A DNA stretch of 32,000 nt from Alkanindiges sp. WGS2144 (GTDB taxonomy: Bacteria; Pseudomonadota; Gammaproteobacteria; Pseudomonadales; Moraxellaceae). A program made the translations under genes and the position numbers. Positions 1 to 8,411 of the stretch are shown piece after piece. Numbering within the stretch: the first letter of the stretch is position 1; each line of letters starts with the position of its first letter. The stretch lies in the NCBI RefSeq assembly GCF_043950625.1, contig NZ_CP171007.1; one strand, 5' to 3'. The notes beneath the pieces are model-generated. The model saw nothing but the letters and a program-made list of their open reading frames with translations, was not told the origin of the DNA and searched no databases.

Positions 1-214
1 TGAGCAGAGTAGTTTGCGTATTGGCTTTAATGTCTGATGCGTTGCTATCAAATAGCAGACGCTCAGGTAAGGCCAGTGTCCAGCCTTCTTCTTTAAGCAC
101 AAAGCCCTGCTTTTGTAAAACCTTAACCTGCTTCTTGCTTAAACCGGATGTTGCCTGACAGGCAGCTAAAACACTCACTAGCAGGATAAGGCTAATTTTT
201 TTAAATAAACTCAT
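1..214 (-). CDS. yfiB: OmpA-family outer-membrane lipoprotein YfiB (5' part only; gene continues past the left edge)
   Basis: Not in the ORF track because it is open at the window edge. A minus-strand ATG at 214-212 has AGAGGA about 6 nt upstream. My translation is MSLFKKISLILLVSVLAACQATSGLSKKQVKVLQKQGFVLKEEGWTLALPERLLFDSNASDIK... It has a lipobox (VLAAC) and parallels the E. coli YfiB N-terminus (...LTGCQ..FTPEQVAAMQSYGFTESAGDWSLGLSDAILF). It lies directly downstream of yfiR-yfiN. Confidence 0.75.
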   Translation of the reverse strand, partial: MSLFKKISLILLVSVLAACQATSGLSKKQVKVLQKQGFVLKEEGWTLALPERLLFDSNASDIKANTQTTLL

Positions 215-280
215 AGTGATCCTCTTCAAATAATACGTGTCTTGACCGACCAATTTTCATTATGCCGTCTTATCAATAAG

Positions 281-1543
281 TCATGGGTTAAACAGAACAT
301 TATTAAGTACAGACCAGCTGTTGCTAGGTACCAGCTTGGCGCGATACATGGCCGCATCTGCTTTGGCCAGTAGTTGCTCAGGTGATTTACAGTGAGTAGA
401 CAGGGCAATACCAATACTTAAGCTGATATGAACGCATTGACCATCAGGGAAGATGATAGGATCTTCAACACCTGCCAGAATGGACTCTGCAACGGCAACC
501 GCATTTTTCTTGTCAATGATTTCCGGCAAAATTACTGCAAACTCATCCCCGCCCCAGCGTGCAACCACATCTTTTTGGCGCAACCGTGTGACTAGTCGTT
601 TCCCCACTTCGATTAAAATCTGGTCACCAGCAGTGTGCCCGTAAGTGTCGTTAATCTGCTTAAAACGGTCGTGGTCGATAAAAAGCAATGCGAGGGGATT
701 GTCCGGTTGCGTCTGCGTAAATAGTGTATCCAGCTGTGCTTCAAAATAATTACGGTTCACCAGTCCAGTTAAGCTGTCATGAGTTGCCTTATGCAGCAGG
801 GTGTCATTTTCTGCTTTGATATGCTGGTGCCAGCGCTCAATTTCGTCCAGTAAACTATTAAAATCCTGGCTTAAATCTTCAAGCTCAGAAATAGATGAGG
901 AAGGAATACGCAGGTTAAAAGCACGCTGCTCACGTACCAGATTGGCCACATTGGTAATTTTTTTAAATGAATGCAGAATGTAATTGTGCGTACGCAATGA
1001 GCAATAGCTCACACAAATTACGGTAATAATCAGGCAACCCAATAAACCCAGTAAAACCTTACCCAGAAAGCTAAAAATTCCTTCTGCATTACCCATTAAC
1101 CACACAGTGCCAATGGTTTGATCATTATGTGTGATGGGTACTGTGACCGGCTCGGAAAAAATCCACTGGTTGAACCATACTCTTAGGGGTTCAAATGAAT
1201 CATTATAGTGATGCTTGAGTTCAGCAATAGTCTGGCCTGTATTATCCAGCACTTTAATTTCACGAAATTCATTGCGGTAGGCCAGCTGGTTAATGGTTTC
1301 CTGAATGGCAGCCCGGTCATCAAAAACCACACCCGCTTCAACCCGGAAACTCACTGAGCTAGCAATTAATTGTAAGTTGCGCTTGGCATAATCATCCAGG
1401 GAAAAAAAGGAAACAATAGACAGCAGTGTGCCTGAAATAAGCAGGGTAACAAGTAGTACCAATAAATGCGTATTTCTGAATAGGCGCTGCAAACTGGGTT
1501 GACGCTTCGCTTTTTTGGAATGTTGAGCAGTGTTTCCCGTCAT
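281..1543 (-). CDS. yfiN: Inner-membrane diguanylate cyclase, YfiN/TpbB type (periplasmic sensor - HAMP - GGDEF)
   Basis: From ORF 281..1579. I place the start at the internal ATG 1543 (MTGNTAQHSKK...), which lies 4 nt after the yfiR stop with AAGG about 7 nt upstream. Two hydrophobic segments flank a periplasmic region of roughly 120 aa. A HAMP-like linker follows, then a GGDEF domain with an intact RWGGDEF site and an RQKD (RxxD) I-site five residues upstream. Confidence 0.85.
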   Translation of the reverse strand: MTGNTAQHSKKAKRQPSLQRLFRNTHLLVLLVTLLISGTLLSIVSFFSLDDYAKRNLQLIASSVSFRVEAGVVFDDRAAIQETINQLAYRNEFREIKVLDNTGQTIAELKHHYNDSFEPLRVWFNQWIFSEPVTVPITHNDQTIGTVWLMGNAEGIFSFLGKVLLGLLGCLIITVICVSYCSLRTHNYILHSFKKITNVANLVREQRAFNLRIPSSSISELEDLSQDFNSLLDEIERWHQHIKAENDTLLHKATHDSLTGLVNRNYFEAQLDTLFTQTQPDNPLALLFIDHDRFKQINDTYGHTAGDQILIEVGKRLVTRLRQKDVVARWGGDEFAVILPEIIDKKNAVAVAESILAGVEDPIIFPDGQCVHISLSIGIALSTHCKSPEQLLAKADAAMYRAKLVPSNSWSVLNNVLFNP

Positions 1544-1547
1544 AAGG

Positions 1548-2078
1548 CTACCTTTTTTTACGCCCCAGCAATAGTACATTGGGATTCACATGAATCCCAC
1601 TTCGAGCCAACGCATCCAGGTTGACTTTAAAGGAGATCGGTGAAGATTCAATATCCAGGCAAAAACTACTGCCTAATTCGCAGGCTGGATTTAACTCGCT
1701 AATGGTTAAAAGCGGACGATTGCTGGTGCTGATGATCTTTTGCTGCATAACAGCAGGGATATCACCAAAATAAATCACGTCACATTGGGCACCTGCCAGC
1801 GTAGAAACATCAGCAGATTTGCTAATGGTTACTTTAGGAGGCTTTTCCAATAGGATACTGTCTTCAAGGCCTAGCGCATATTTGGTTGTGCCAGCAATAC
1901 AAACCTCAATGGCCGTTTTGGGTGGTTGCCATTTTGTATAGCTTAATATGCCAAATACAATTCGTGCGACTTCCTCATGTTTGGTAGAAGGATCAGGCCC
2001 AACTGGAACAGCAGCCGGATTCGCATAGCTGGCAGTTGCTGCAAATCCTGAGAAAAAACACGCGCAAAAACTGAGCAT
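1548..2078 (-). CDS. yfiR: Periplasmic repressor YfiR (DUF4154 family)
   Basis: From ORF 1548..2225. The C-terminus ...FKVNLDALARSGIHVNPNVLLLGRKKR closely parallels E. coli YfiR ...[26 protein letters not shown]. The start is uncertain. ATG 2078 gives a signal-peptide-like MLSFCACFFSGFAATASYA; ATGs at 2225, 2222 and 2177 are alternatives. Confidence 0.8.
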   Translation of the reverse strand: MLSFCACFFSGFAATASYANPAAVPVGPDPSTKHEEVARIVFGILSYTKWQPPKTAIEVCIAGTTKYALGLEDSILLEKPPKVTISKSADVSTLAGAQCDVIYFGDIPAVMQQKIISTSNRPLLTISELNPACELGSSFCLDIESSPISFKVNLDALARSGIHVNPNVLLLGRKKR

Positions 2079-2323
2079 AAACTGGCAGGCACGGGAATTT
2101 AAGTCAGCAGATTTTGTGATATCTGCTTCTGATTTTATAAGGTTAGTCGAACGGTGAGTAAACTTCCAGGTTTGCATACCTTGGCAGGACTTTAACAAGA
2201 GGAGCGTAAAATTGAGCGTCATCATAACGTATTTTTACTTAAAGATCAGTGTGTTTATAAGAATGTTCTTAAGTGCAGGCCTTTAAAGCCCAAAAAAAGA
2301 CAGTAAAAATGAAATACGATTCT

Positions 2324-3433
2324 TCAAGCCACAATCATACGTTTTGGGCGCTGGGTCAGACGGCATAGCAATTCATAACCAATGGTCTGATTATAGTGGG
2401 CGATTACATCAACAGTTGGGTTTTCACCCCACAAGGTTACTTCATCCCCAATAGTCAGGTTGTTTGTTAAACCGGTTAAGTCGATAGCCAGTAAATCCAT
2501 ACTGACTCGCCCTAGCAGGGGCGCTTTAAAGCCTCGTACAGTGGTATATGCACCTTCAAGCAATGCTCGTGGATAGCCATCCCCATAACCCGCGGCAACA
2601 ATTCCTAGCAGGGTAGGCTGTGTAGTGATAAAGCGTGAGCCATAACCAATAGATTGACCAGCTTCTAGTTGTTGTATCGCCATTAAGTGGCTTTTAAAGT
2701 GCATGACTGGTCTTAAGCCCAGCTGATCTGCACTCTGGAAATCATAAGGAGAGGCACCATATAACATGATACCTGGGCGTACATAATCAAAATGCAAATC
2801 CGGCCAATTATAGATTGCCGCTGAATTACAGCAGGAGGCTTCAATAGGTGCCAGTTGTTCTTTCAGGTTTAAAAAAGCCTGAATTTGCTGTTGATTTAAA
2901 AGGTGATCAGGTACATCTGCATTGGCAAAATGCATCGTTAGAACCAGTTTAAACCCGGCTTGTCGCAGGCGATAGGCTGCATTTAATAGTTCATCTGGTT
3001 TCAAACCTAGCCGGTTCATTCCACTATTGAGTTTTAACCAGATTTTTAAATTATTTCTTTGATAAGCTTCCGGGTGAGCCAGCGCCCACTGAACCTGCTG
3101 CTCCTGATGAATCAGGCAATCAAAACCTTGCTTGCTGGCCTCAAGCCATTCAGTTTCGCTAAATGCACCTTCAATCAGGGTAACAGGTTGCGTATAGCCC
3201 AGCGCGCGAATTTGCCGTGCCTCCTGAATACAGGCTACTCCAAAAGCATCACTGTCTTGCAGCGCATTTAAGGCAAACTCGATGCCATGTCCGTAGGCAT
3301 CGGCCTTCACCATGCTGATTACCTGACTATGCGGAGCAAGTTGCCGCACGCGGTTTAAGTTATGACTTAATGCCGAAGTGCTTAGCTCAATAAAGGGTTG
3401 GCGCCCACAAGATGGATTACTCGTCATCTTCAC
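2324..3433 (-). CDS. alr: Alanine racemase
   Basis: 369-aa ORF with the PLP-lysine motif VKADAYGHG near the N-terminus. It sits immediately downstream of dnaB (17-nt overlap with the dnaB stop), the common gammaproteobacterial dnaB-alr arrangement. I cannot separate biosynthetic Alr from catabolic DadX by sequence alone. Confidence 0.9.
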   Translation of the reverse strand: MKMTSNPSCGRQPFIELSTSALSHNLNRVRQLAPHSQVISMVKADAYGHGIEFALNALQDSDAFGVACIQEARQIRALGYTQPVTLIEGAFSETEWLEASKQGFDCLIHQEQQVQWALAHPEAYQRNNLKIWLKLNSGMNRLGLKPDELLNAAYRLRQAGFKLVLTMHFANADVPDHLLNQQQIQAFLNLKEQLAPIEASCCNSAAIYNWPDLHFDYVRPGIMLYGASPYDFQSADQLGLRPVMHFKSHLMAIQQLEAGQSIGYGSRFITTQPTLLGIVAAGYGDGYPRALLEGAYTTVRGFKAPLLGRVSMDLLAIDLTGLTNNLTIGDEVTLWGENPTVDVIAHYNQTIGYELLCRLTQRPKRMIVA

Positions 3434-4865
3434 TACGATAATATTCAGGTGCTAAATTATTAAAACGGGTAAATTGACCTTCAAAGGCCAGACGTACTGT
3501 ACCAATTGGGCCGTTACGCTGCTTGCCAATAATAATTTCGGCTGTTCCAGCTTCCTTGGATTCCTTGTTATACACTTCATCGCGGTAAATAAACATGATT
3601 AAATCCGCATCCTGCTCAATGGCTCCTGATTCGCGTAGGTCAGACATAATGGGACGTTTATTGGGACGGTTCTCAAGGCTGCGGTTAAGCTGTGACAGTG
3701 CAATGACCGGGCAATTCATTTCCTTGGCCAGAGCTTTGAGGCTGCGAGAAATTTCAGAAATCTCACCTACACGGTTATCGCCCATGCCGGGTACTTTCAT
3801 GAGTTGTAAATAATCCACCATAATACAGCCCAGCTTGCCGCCATGATTTTTGGCAACGCGGCGCGCACGGGAGCGTAACTCATTAGGGGGCAGGGCGGAT
3901 GAGTCATCAATATATAAATATTTGGTTTGTAGCTGCATTAAGGTACTGGAAAACTTGACCCAGTCACCTTCTTCCAGCCGCCCGGAACGCAGGCGCCCCT
4001 GATGAATACGGCCAAAGGAAGAAATTAAACGGGTGGCAATAGAGTCAGCCGGCATTTCCATGGAAAATACCAGTGCGGGCAGGTCAGCATTAAATAACAC
4101 GCTTTCTACCAGGTTCATGGCAAATGTGGTCTTACCCATGCTCGGCCGCGCCGCCACAATAATCAGGTCACCGGCCTGCATCCCAAAGGTTTTATTATCT
4201 AGTTCAATAAAGCCGGTAGACAAACCAGTAATCGGACTATCATTTTTTTGCAGCTCCTCAACTTTATGCAGAACTGTCTTGAGCACGCCTACCAGCGGTT
4301 GTGGGCCACTTTCCTTACTACGGTTGTTATGCTGCTCACTGATGGCAAAAATACGGCTTTCAGTGGTGTCCAGGATATCGGTAACACTTTTGCCTTTGGA
4401 GTCATAAGCATTTTGCAGTAGATCGTTGCCAGCTTTAATCAGCTCGCGTAAGGCAGATAGTTCTTTGACCTTTTCAGCATAGGCGGTCAGGTTGTAAAGA
4501 CTAGCCGGGCTTTCAGCCAACAGCTGCATTAAGTAGGCTTCGCCGCCACTTTCTTCTAATTGATGGTTCTTGGTAAGCCAGTCATTAACCAGTACAGCGT
4601 CATACGGCATGTTTGAGTTTGCCAGATGGCTAATGGCACGAAAGATGAGTCGGTGCCGCACCGCATAAAAATCATTTTCATGTAACAAGTCGCTAATGCT
4701 GTCCCATGATTCCGAGATAGTCATCAGTGCGGCCAATACGGCCTGTTCCATGGACAGATTATGAGGGGGTACCCGTACCTCACGACCATTGGGTAATGTA
4801 TGTACTGTTTTGCCTTCTGTATGAGGTTTGGCAGAAGAGGCGTCAGCAACAGAAGACAAAGTCAT
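3417..4865 (-). CDS. dnaB: Replicative DNA helicase DnaB
   Basis: From ORF 3417..4892, with the start moved to ATG 4865 (MTLSSVADASS...). It has the N-terminal PPHNLSMEQAVLAALM motif and the Walker A ARPSMGKTTFAMN. Length is about 480 aa with no intein-sized insertion. Confidence 0.95.
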   Translation of the reverse strand: MTLSSVADASSAKPHTEGKTVHTLPNGREVRVPPHNLSMEQAVLAALMTISESWDSISDLLHENDFYAVRHRLIFRAISHLANSNMPYDAVLVNDWLTKNHQLEESGGEAYLMQLLAESPASLYNLTAYAEKVKELSALRELIKAGNDLLQNAYDSKGKSVTDILDTTESRIFAISEQHNNRSKESGPQPLVGVLKTVLHKVEELQKNDSPITGLSTGFIELDNKTFGMQAGDLIIVAARPSMGKTTFAMNLVESVLFNADLPALVFSMEMPADSIATRLISSFGRIHQGRLRSGRLEEGDWVKFSSTLMQLQTKYLYIDDSSALPPNELRSRARRVAKNHGGKLGCIMVDYLQLMKVPGMGDNRVGEISEISRSLKALAKEMNCPVIALSQLNRSLENRPNKRPIMSDLRESGAIEQDADLIMFIYRDEVYNKESKEAGTAEIIIGKQRNGPIGTVRLAFEGQFTRFNNLAPEYYRSEDDE

Positions 4866-4985
4866 ACTAAAAATCCAGAAAAATAAACCCAAAATCCTTA
4901 GGTGTATTAAAGCAAAAATTAGCGTACTGGTGTGCCCAATTAAAAGGCAATTGGTCTATTCACTGAATAATAAAGATATTTTTTT

Positions 4986-5019
4986 AAATAAAAAAGGCAT
5001 GCTATTAAACATGCCTTTT
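4986..5019 (-). terminator. Rho-independent terminator downstream of rplI
   Basis: The minus strand reads AAAAGGCATG-tttaatag-CATGCCTTTT followed by further T residues, giving a 10-bp stem (4992-5001 with 5010-5019). A second imperfect hairpin, GAATGATTCT-aaaa-AGAATTATTC, lies at 5024-5047 between it and the rplI stop. Confidence 0.65.
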
Positions 5020-5073
5020 AGTTGAATGATTCTAAAAAGAATTATTCGAATGTCCTGACTAGTTAGGAATAAC

Positions 5074-5520
5074 TTATTCAGAAACGATGGTTACCAGCAC
5101 TTCTGCGGTAACGTCATGATGCAGTTGTACTGCAACATTAAACTCACCAGTATGACGCAGCGCACCGTTAGGCAGGCGTACTTCAGTACGGTCAACTTCA
5201 ATGCCGGAGGCAGTTAAGGCATCAGCAATATCGCGGGTACCGATAGAACCAAACAGTTTGCCTTCATCACCTGCCTTGGCAGTAATGACAACATTCACTT
5301 CATTCAGTTTGTCAGCACGGCTTTGTGCAGAAGCCAGAACCTCAGCTTCCTGACGCTCAAGCTCAGCACGGCGAGCTTCAAAAGCAGCAGTGTTGGCTTC
5401 AGTAGCGGAAACCGCTTTACCTTGAGGGATCAGGTAGTTACGACCGTAGCCTGCTTTTACAGATACTTTGTCGCCTAACTTTCCTAGGTTTTTAATGCGT
5501 TGTAATAAAATAACGTCCAC
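5074..5520 (-). CDS. rplI: 50S ribosomal protein L9
   Basis: 148-aa [39 protein letters not shown]... is the canonical L9 N-terminus. It is the last gene of rpsF-rpsR-rplI. Confidence 0.97.
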   Translation of the reverse strand: MDVILLQRIKNLGKLGDKVSVKAGYGRNYLIPQGKAVSATEANTAAFEARRAELERQEAEVLASAQSRADKLNEVNVVITAKAGDEGKLFGSIGTRDIADALTASGIEVDRTEVRLPNGALRHTGEFNVAVQLHHDVTAEVLVTIVSE

Positions 5521-5528
5521 AGATCACC

Positions 5529-5756
5529 TCACTTATGATTGTCAGTGTAAGGGATCAAGGCCAGATAGCGAGCTTGTTTGATAGCAAGTGCCAGCTGACG
5601 TTGATAACGAGCCTTAGTACCGGTGATACGGCTAGGAACAATTTTACCGTTTTCAGTGATGTACTGTTTTAAGGTATCGATATCTTTGTAGTCGATGTAT
5701 GCAACGTTCTCAGCGGTGAAGCGGCAGAACTTGCGACGACGGTAGAAACGTGCCAT
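5529..5756 (-). CDS. rpsR: 30S ribosomal protein S18
   Basis: 75-aa [59 protein letters not shown]..., the canonical S18 sequence. Confidence 0.97.
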   Translation of the reverse strand: MARFYRRRKFCRFTAENVAYIDYKDIDTLKQYITENGKIVPSRITGTKARYQRQLALAIKQARYLALIPYTDNHK

Positions 5757-5767
5757 GTGGGTTCTCC

Positions 5768-6172
5768 TTATGCTTCAGCAGCTTGATTTTGATCCTGGTC
5801 GTTTGACTGACCAGCGTCATCATTGCGTTGAGCCTTGCGAGCACGTTTTTCTTCGGCGCTCTTGGCTAGCAATGATTCTTCGGTAATTGCCTTCTCACGA
5901 CGGATAATCAGGCTACGGATGATCGCATCGTTATAGCGGAACAATTCTTCAAGCTCATCCAGAGTTTGCTGGCCACATTCTACGTTCATTAAAATGTAGT
6001 GCGCTTTATGGATTTTGTTGATTGGGTAAGCCAGTTGGCGGCGGCCCCAATCTTCAAGACGGTGGATTTGACCGTCAGCTTCTTTGATGTGAGTCAGATA
6101 GCGTTCAACCATTCCGACTACCTGATCGCTTTGGTCTGGATGAACCAAAAGCACAATTTCGTAATGACGCAT
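5768..6172 (-). CDS. rpsF: 30S ribosomal protein S6
   Basis: 134-aa [21 protein letters not shown]... with the typical acidic C-terminal tail. AAGGAG lies 6 nt upstream of the ATG. Confidence 0.97.
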   Translation of the reverse strand: MRHYEIVLLVHPDQSDQVVGMVERYLTHIKEADGQIHRLEDWGRRQLAYPINKIHKAHYILMNVECGQQTLDELEELFRYNDAIIRSLIIRREKAITEESLLAKSAEEKRARKAQRNDDAGQSNDQDQNQAAEA

Positions 6173-6178
6173 ATAAAG

Positions 6179-6225
6179 CTCCTTACGGTTTAGACAGCCA
6201 CTGATTCCAGGTCAATGGCAAGGAG
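6179..6225 (-). promoter_or_regulatory. rpsF 5' leader structure resembling the S6:S18 autoregulatory motif
   Basis: Minus-strand RNA: CUCCUU (6225-6220), GCCAUUGA (6219-6212), loop ccuggaa, UCAGUGGC (6204-6197), internal loop ugucuaaaCCGu, AAGGAG (6184-6179), 6 nt, AUG. This gives an 8-bp hairpin and a 6-bp enclosing stem that uses the SD, with a CCG-containing bulge. Confidence 0.55.
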
Positions 6226-6277
6226 TAACACGAAAACAGGCTAAAACCTGATTTTGTGCGCTGTAAAGCAGGGCAAT

Positions 6278-6305
6278 ATTCTATAGTAAACCCGGAAAAA
6301 CACAA
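6278..6305 (-). promoter_or_regulatory. Candidate sigma70 promoter of rpsF-rpsR-rplI
   Basis: Minus strand: TTGTGT (6305-6300), 16 nt, TAGAAT (6283-6278). It would give a leader of roughly 100 nt containing the structure above. This rests on hexamer matching only. Confidence 0.35.
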
Positions 6306-6568
6306 GGAAATACTGGCATGCTGCCTAAATAAAAATACTGTGTAGCGGCTAAAAAAATAATTAACCCAATGAAACCTAAACTTGGGAAATCGCGTTCTTT
6401 ACATATTGGTCGACAAAATTTCTTCTGGTTTGTGATACTGGCTATTTTAATTCAGATTGCTTAAATATCAACAGTAGCGAGCTAGCCAGATAGGAGAAGC
6501 GCCCTTGCTCAGGCTCATATAAGGCTAACTTGCTAGCAAAATTACAAAGACAAAGTCAGCTATTGTTT

Positions 6569-7456
6569 CTAGAGTTTAAAGATAAAAAGATGATCAGGAT
6601 TAAGCTGGTAATCAACAGAAATCAGCAGGCTAAATACAGTGATGATAATCACAGAAAATAAAAAGAAACGTCGTGCCCACAGGCGGTCATCTACTGCTTT
6701 AAATCCATCAATTGCCAGATATACCCAGTATGCACACAGGGCAATAAAAATGACCAGATAAATTAAGCCGACATAGTTGAGTATATATAACATGCTGCCG
6801 GAAATCGTGAAAAGCAGTACGTAAATCAGTGACTGGATTTTGGTGGCCTTAATGCCTTTTTTGGTGGGTAATACCGGAATACGGGCCGAGATATAATCAT
6901 CCAGGCGATAGATTGCAATACCAAATGAATGCGGCAGTTGCCAAATACAAAAAGTGATAAATATAAACAGGGCACCAGCATCAAATTGCCCACTTGCTAC
7001 ACAATAACCGATAACAGGAGGGGCGGCACCAGAAATGCTGCCAACCAGCGTTTGATGAACCGAACGGCGTTTGAAGATGAGGCTATACAGCACCACATAA
7101 TCAAAATAGCCTAAAACGGCAAAACCAAAGGCAATCAGATTGGAGTAAAAGTAGAGCAGGCCAAAGCCTGCAATACCTAAAACGGCGGCAAAAATAAATG
7201 CCGCCTGGTTTGAAACCGTTTTCTTAACCAGAGCACGGTTTCGGGTTCGCTCCATTTTAACGTCGATGTCCTGATCGATGATATTGTTTATCACACAGCC
7301 AGAAGCCACAACCAGGGATGTACCAAGTAAAGCAACTAACAGCAATCCCAGGTTAATTTCGCCCTGGGCGGCTAAAAAGAAGCCACCCATGACAGAAACG
7401 AAATTACCAAAAATAATTCCAGGCTTGGTGAGAAAAATAAACTGTTTAATCATCAA
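6569..7456 (-). CDS. cyoE: Protoheme IX farnesyltransferase (heme O synthase)
   Basis: 295-aa polytopic membrane ORF with the UbiA-family Asp-rich motif NNIIDQDIDVKMERTRNR. It is the last gene of the cyo cluster, 9 nt after cyoD. Confidence 0.9.
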   Translation of the reverse strand: MMIKQFIFLTKPGIIFGNFVSVMGGFFLAAQGEINLGLLLVALLGTSLVVASGCVINNIIDQDIDVKMERTRNRALVKKTVSNQAAFIFAAVLGIAGFGLLYFYSNLIAFGFAVLGYFDYVVLYSLIFKRRSVHQTLVGSISGAAPPVIGYCVASGQFDAGALFIFITFCIWQLPHSFGIAIYRLDDYISARIPVLPTKKGIKATKIQSLIYVLLFTISGSMLYILNYVGLIYLVIFIALCAYWVYLAIDGFKAVDDRLWARRFFLFSVIIITVFSLLISVDYQLNPDHLFIFKL

Positions 7457-7465
7457 TCAAGCCAT

Positions 7466-7795
7466 TTACATCATGAAGAAGTGAAGGTGATCCATAACCC
7501 AGATTGAACCAATGATCAAAATGGCGATGGTCAAAATAGTATAAACAATGGTGATCATGTTCCAGCGCTGCTCAGATGATGAGTTCAAGTGCAGGAAGAA
7601 AATCAGCTGTACCAGTACTTGCGCAATGGCAGTGATTAAAATGGTCCAGATCACCGGGCCACGGTTAAAACCACCATCCATTACCATCCAGAAAGGAATA
7701 ATGGTCAGGATAATGGAAATAATCAGGCCAATGACATACTGCTTGGTGCTGCCGTGACTCGCACCCGCAGCATTGGTATGCTCGTGATGACTCAT
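7466..7795 (-). CDS. cyoD: Cytochrome bo3 ubiquinol oxidase subunit IV
   Basis: 109 aa with three hydrophobic helices. Its ATG overlaps the cyoC stop (ATGA at 7792-7795). Position between cyoC and cyoE supports the call. Confidence 0.9.
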   Translation of the reverse strand: MSHHEHTNAAGASHGSTKQYVIGLIISIILTIIPFWMVMDGGFNRGPVIWTILITAIAQVLVQLIFFLHLNSSSEQRWNMITIVYTILTIAILIIGSIWVMDHLHFFMM

Positions 7796-8409
7796 CCTAC
7801 TGCTCCTAACAAGTAAACCACACTAAATACACAGATCCAGACGATGTCCAGGAAGTGCCAGAAGATGCTTAAGCAAGCCAGGCGGCGTGTATTGGGCAGC
7901 GTCAGGCCATTTTTGGAAATCTGGTAAGCCAGCACAGCCATCCAGATCAGACCTGCGGTCACGTGCAAGCCGTGAGTACCTACCAGACTGAAATAGGAAG
8001 ACAAGAATGCGCTAACCGTTGGCCCGTGACCAATATTGATCAGGTGGTTAAACTCATACACTTCCATGCCAATAAAGCCGGCACCCAGCACGAAGGTAAC
8101 AGCTAACCAGCCCAATACCTGACCAGCTTTTTGTTTGGTCTGTGCCAGAACGGCCATACCAAAGGTAAAACTACTGACCAGGAGCAGGAAGGTTTCAACC
8201 AGAACAAAGCCCAGTGTGTCACCAAATACTTCAGGCGCCGTAGGACCATCTGCCGAGTGGGTAACCAGTACGGCAAATGCCACAAACAGACTTGAGAACA
8301 AAATCAAGTCGCTCATGATGTAGGTCCAGAAACCAAATACGGTTATATCCGTATCGTCATGGTGATGATCTTCATGACCATGAGCATCAAGATGTTGAAT
8401 ATCAGACAT
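7792..8409 (-). CDS. cyoC: Cytochrome bo3 ubiquinol oxidase subunit III
   Basis: 205 aa with a His-rich N-terminus then five helices. The C-terminal ...[18 protein letters not shown] is typical of the heme-copper oxidase subunit III family. It starts 2 nt after the cyoB stop. Confidence 0.93.
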   Translation of the reverse strand: MSDIQHLDAHGHEDHHHDDTDITVFGFWTYIMSDLILFSSLFVAFAVLVTHSADGPTAPEVFGDTLGFVLVETFLLLVSSFTFGMAVLAQTKQKAGQVLGWLAVTFVLGAGFIGMEVYEFNHLINIGHGPTVSAFLSSYFSLVGTHGLHVTAGLIWMAVLAYQISKNGLTLPNTRRLACLSIFWHFLDIVWICVFSVVYLLGAVG

Positions 8410-8411
8410 AA

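Noticed and set aside
2258-2271. TAAGAA-tg-TTCTTA palindrome upstream of yfiR
   Set aside because: The arms are only 6 bp in an AT-rich spacer, so chance occurrence is easy. Its distance to the yfiR start is ambiguous because that start is uncertain.
5529-6172. Absence of priB between rpsF and rpsR
   Set aside because: This is real but not unusual. The rpsF-rpsR-rplI order without priB is the normal arrangement outside enterobacteria-like lineages. It is useful only as a weak taxonomic hint.
6369-6464. 31-codon plus-strand ORF (MKPKLGKSRSLHIGRQNFFWFVILAILIQIA) between rpsF and cyoE, superficially like a small membrane peptide or type I toxin
   Set aside because: There is no SD-like sequence upstream (aataattaacccaATG). 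The hydrophobic stretch of only about 15 residues is short for a TM helix, and I could identify no paired antisense structure. It cannot be supported without conservation or ribosome-profiling data.
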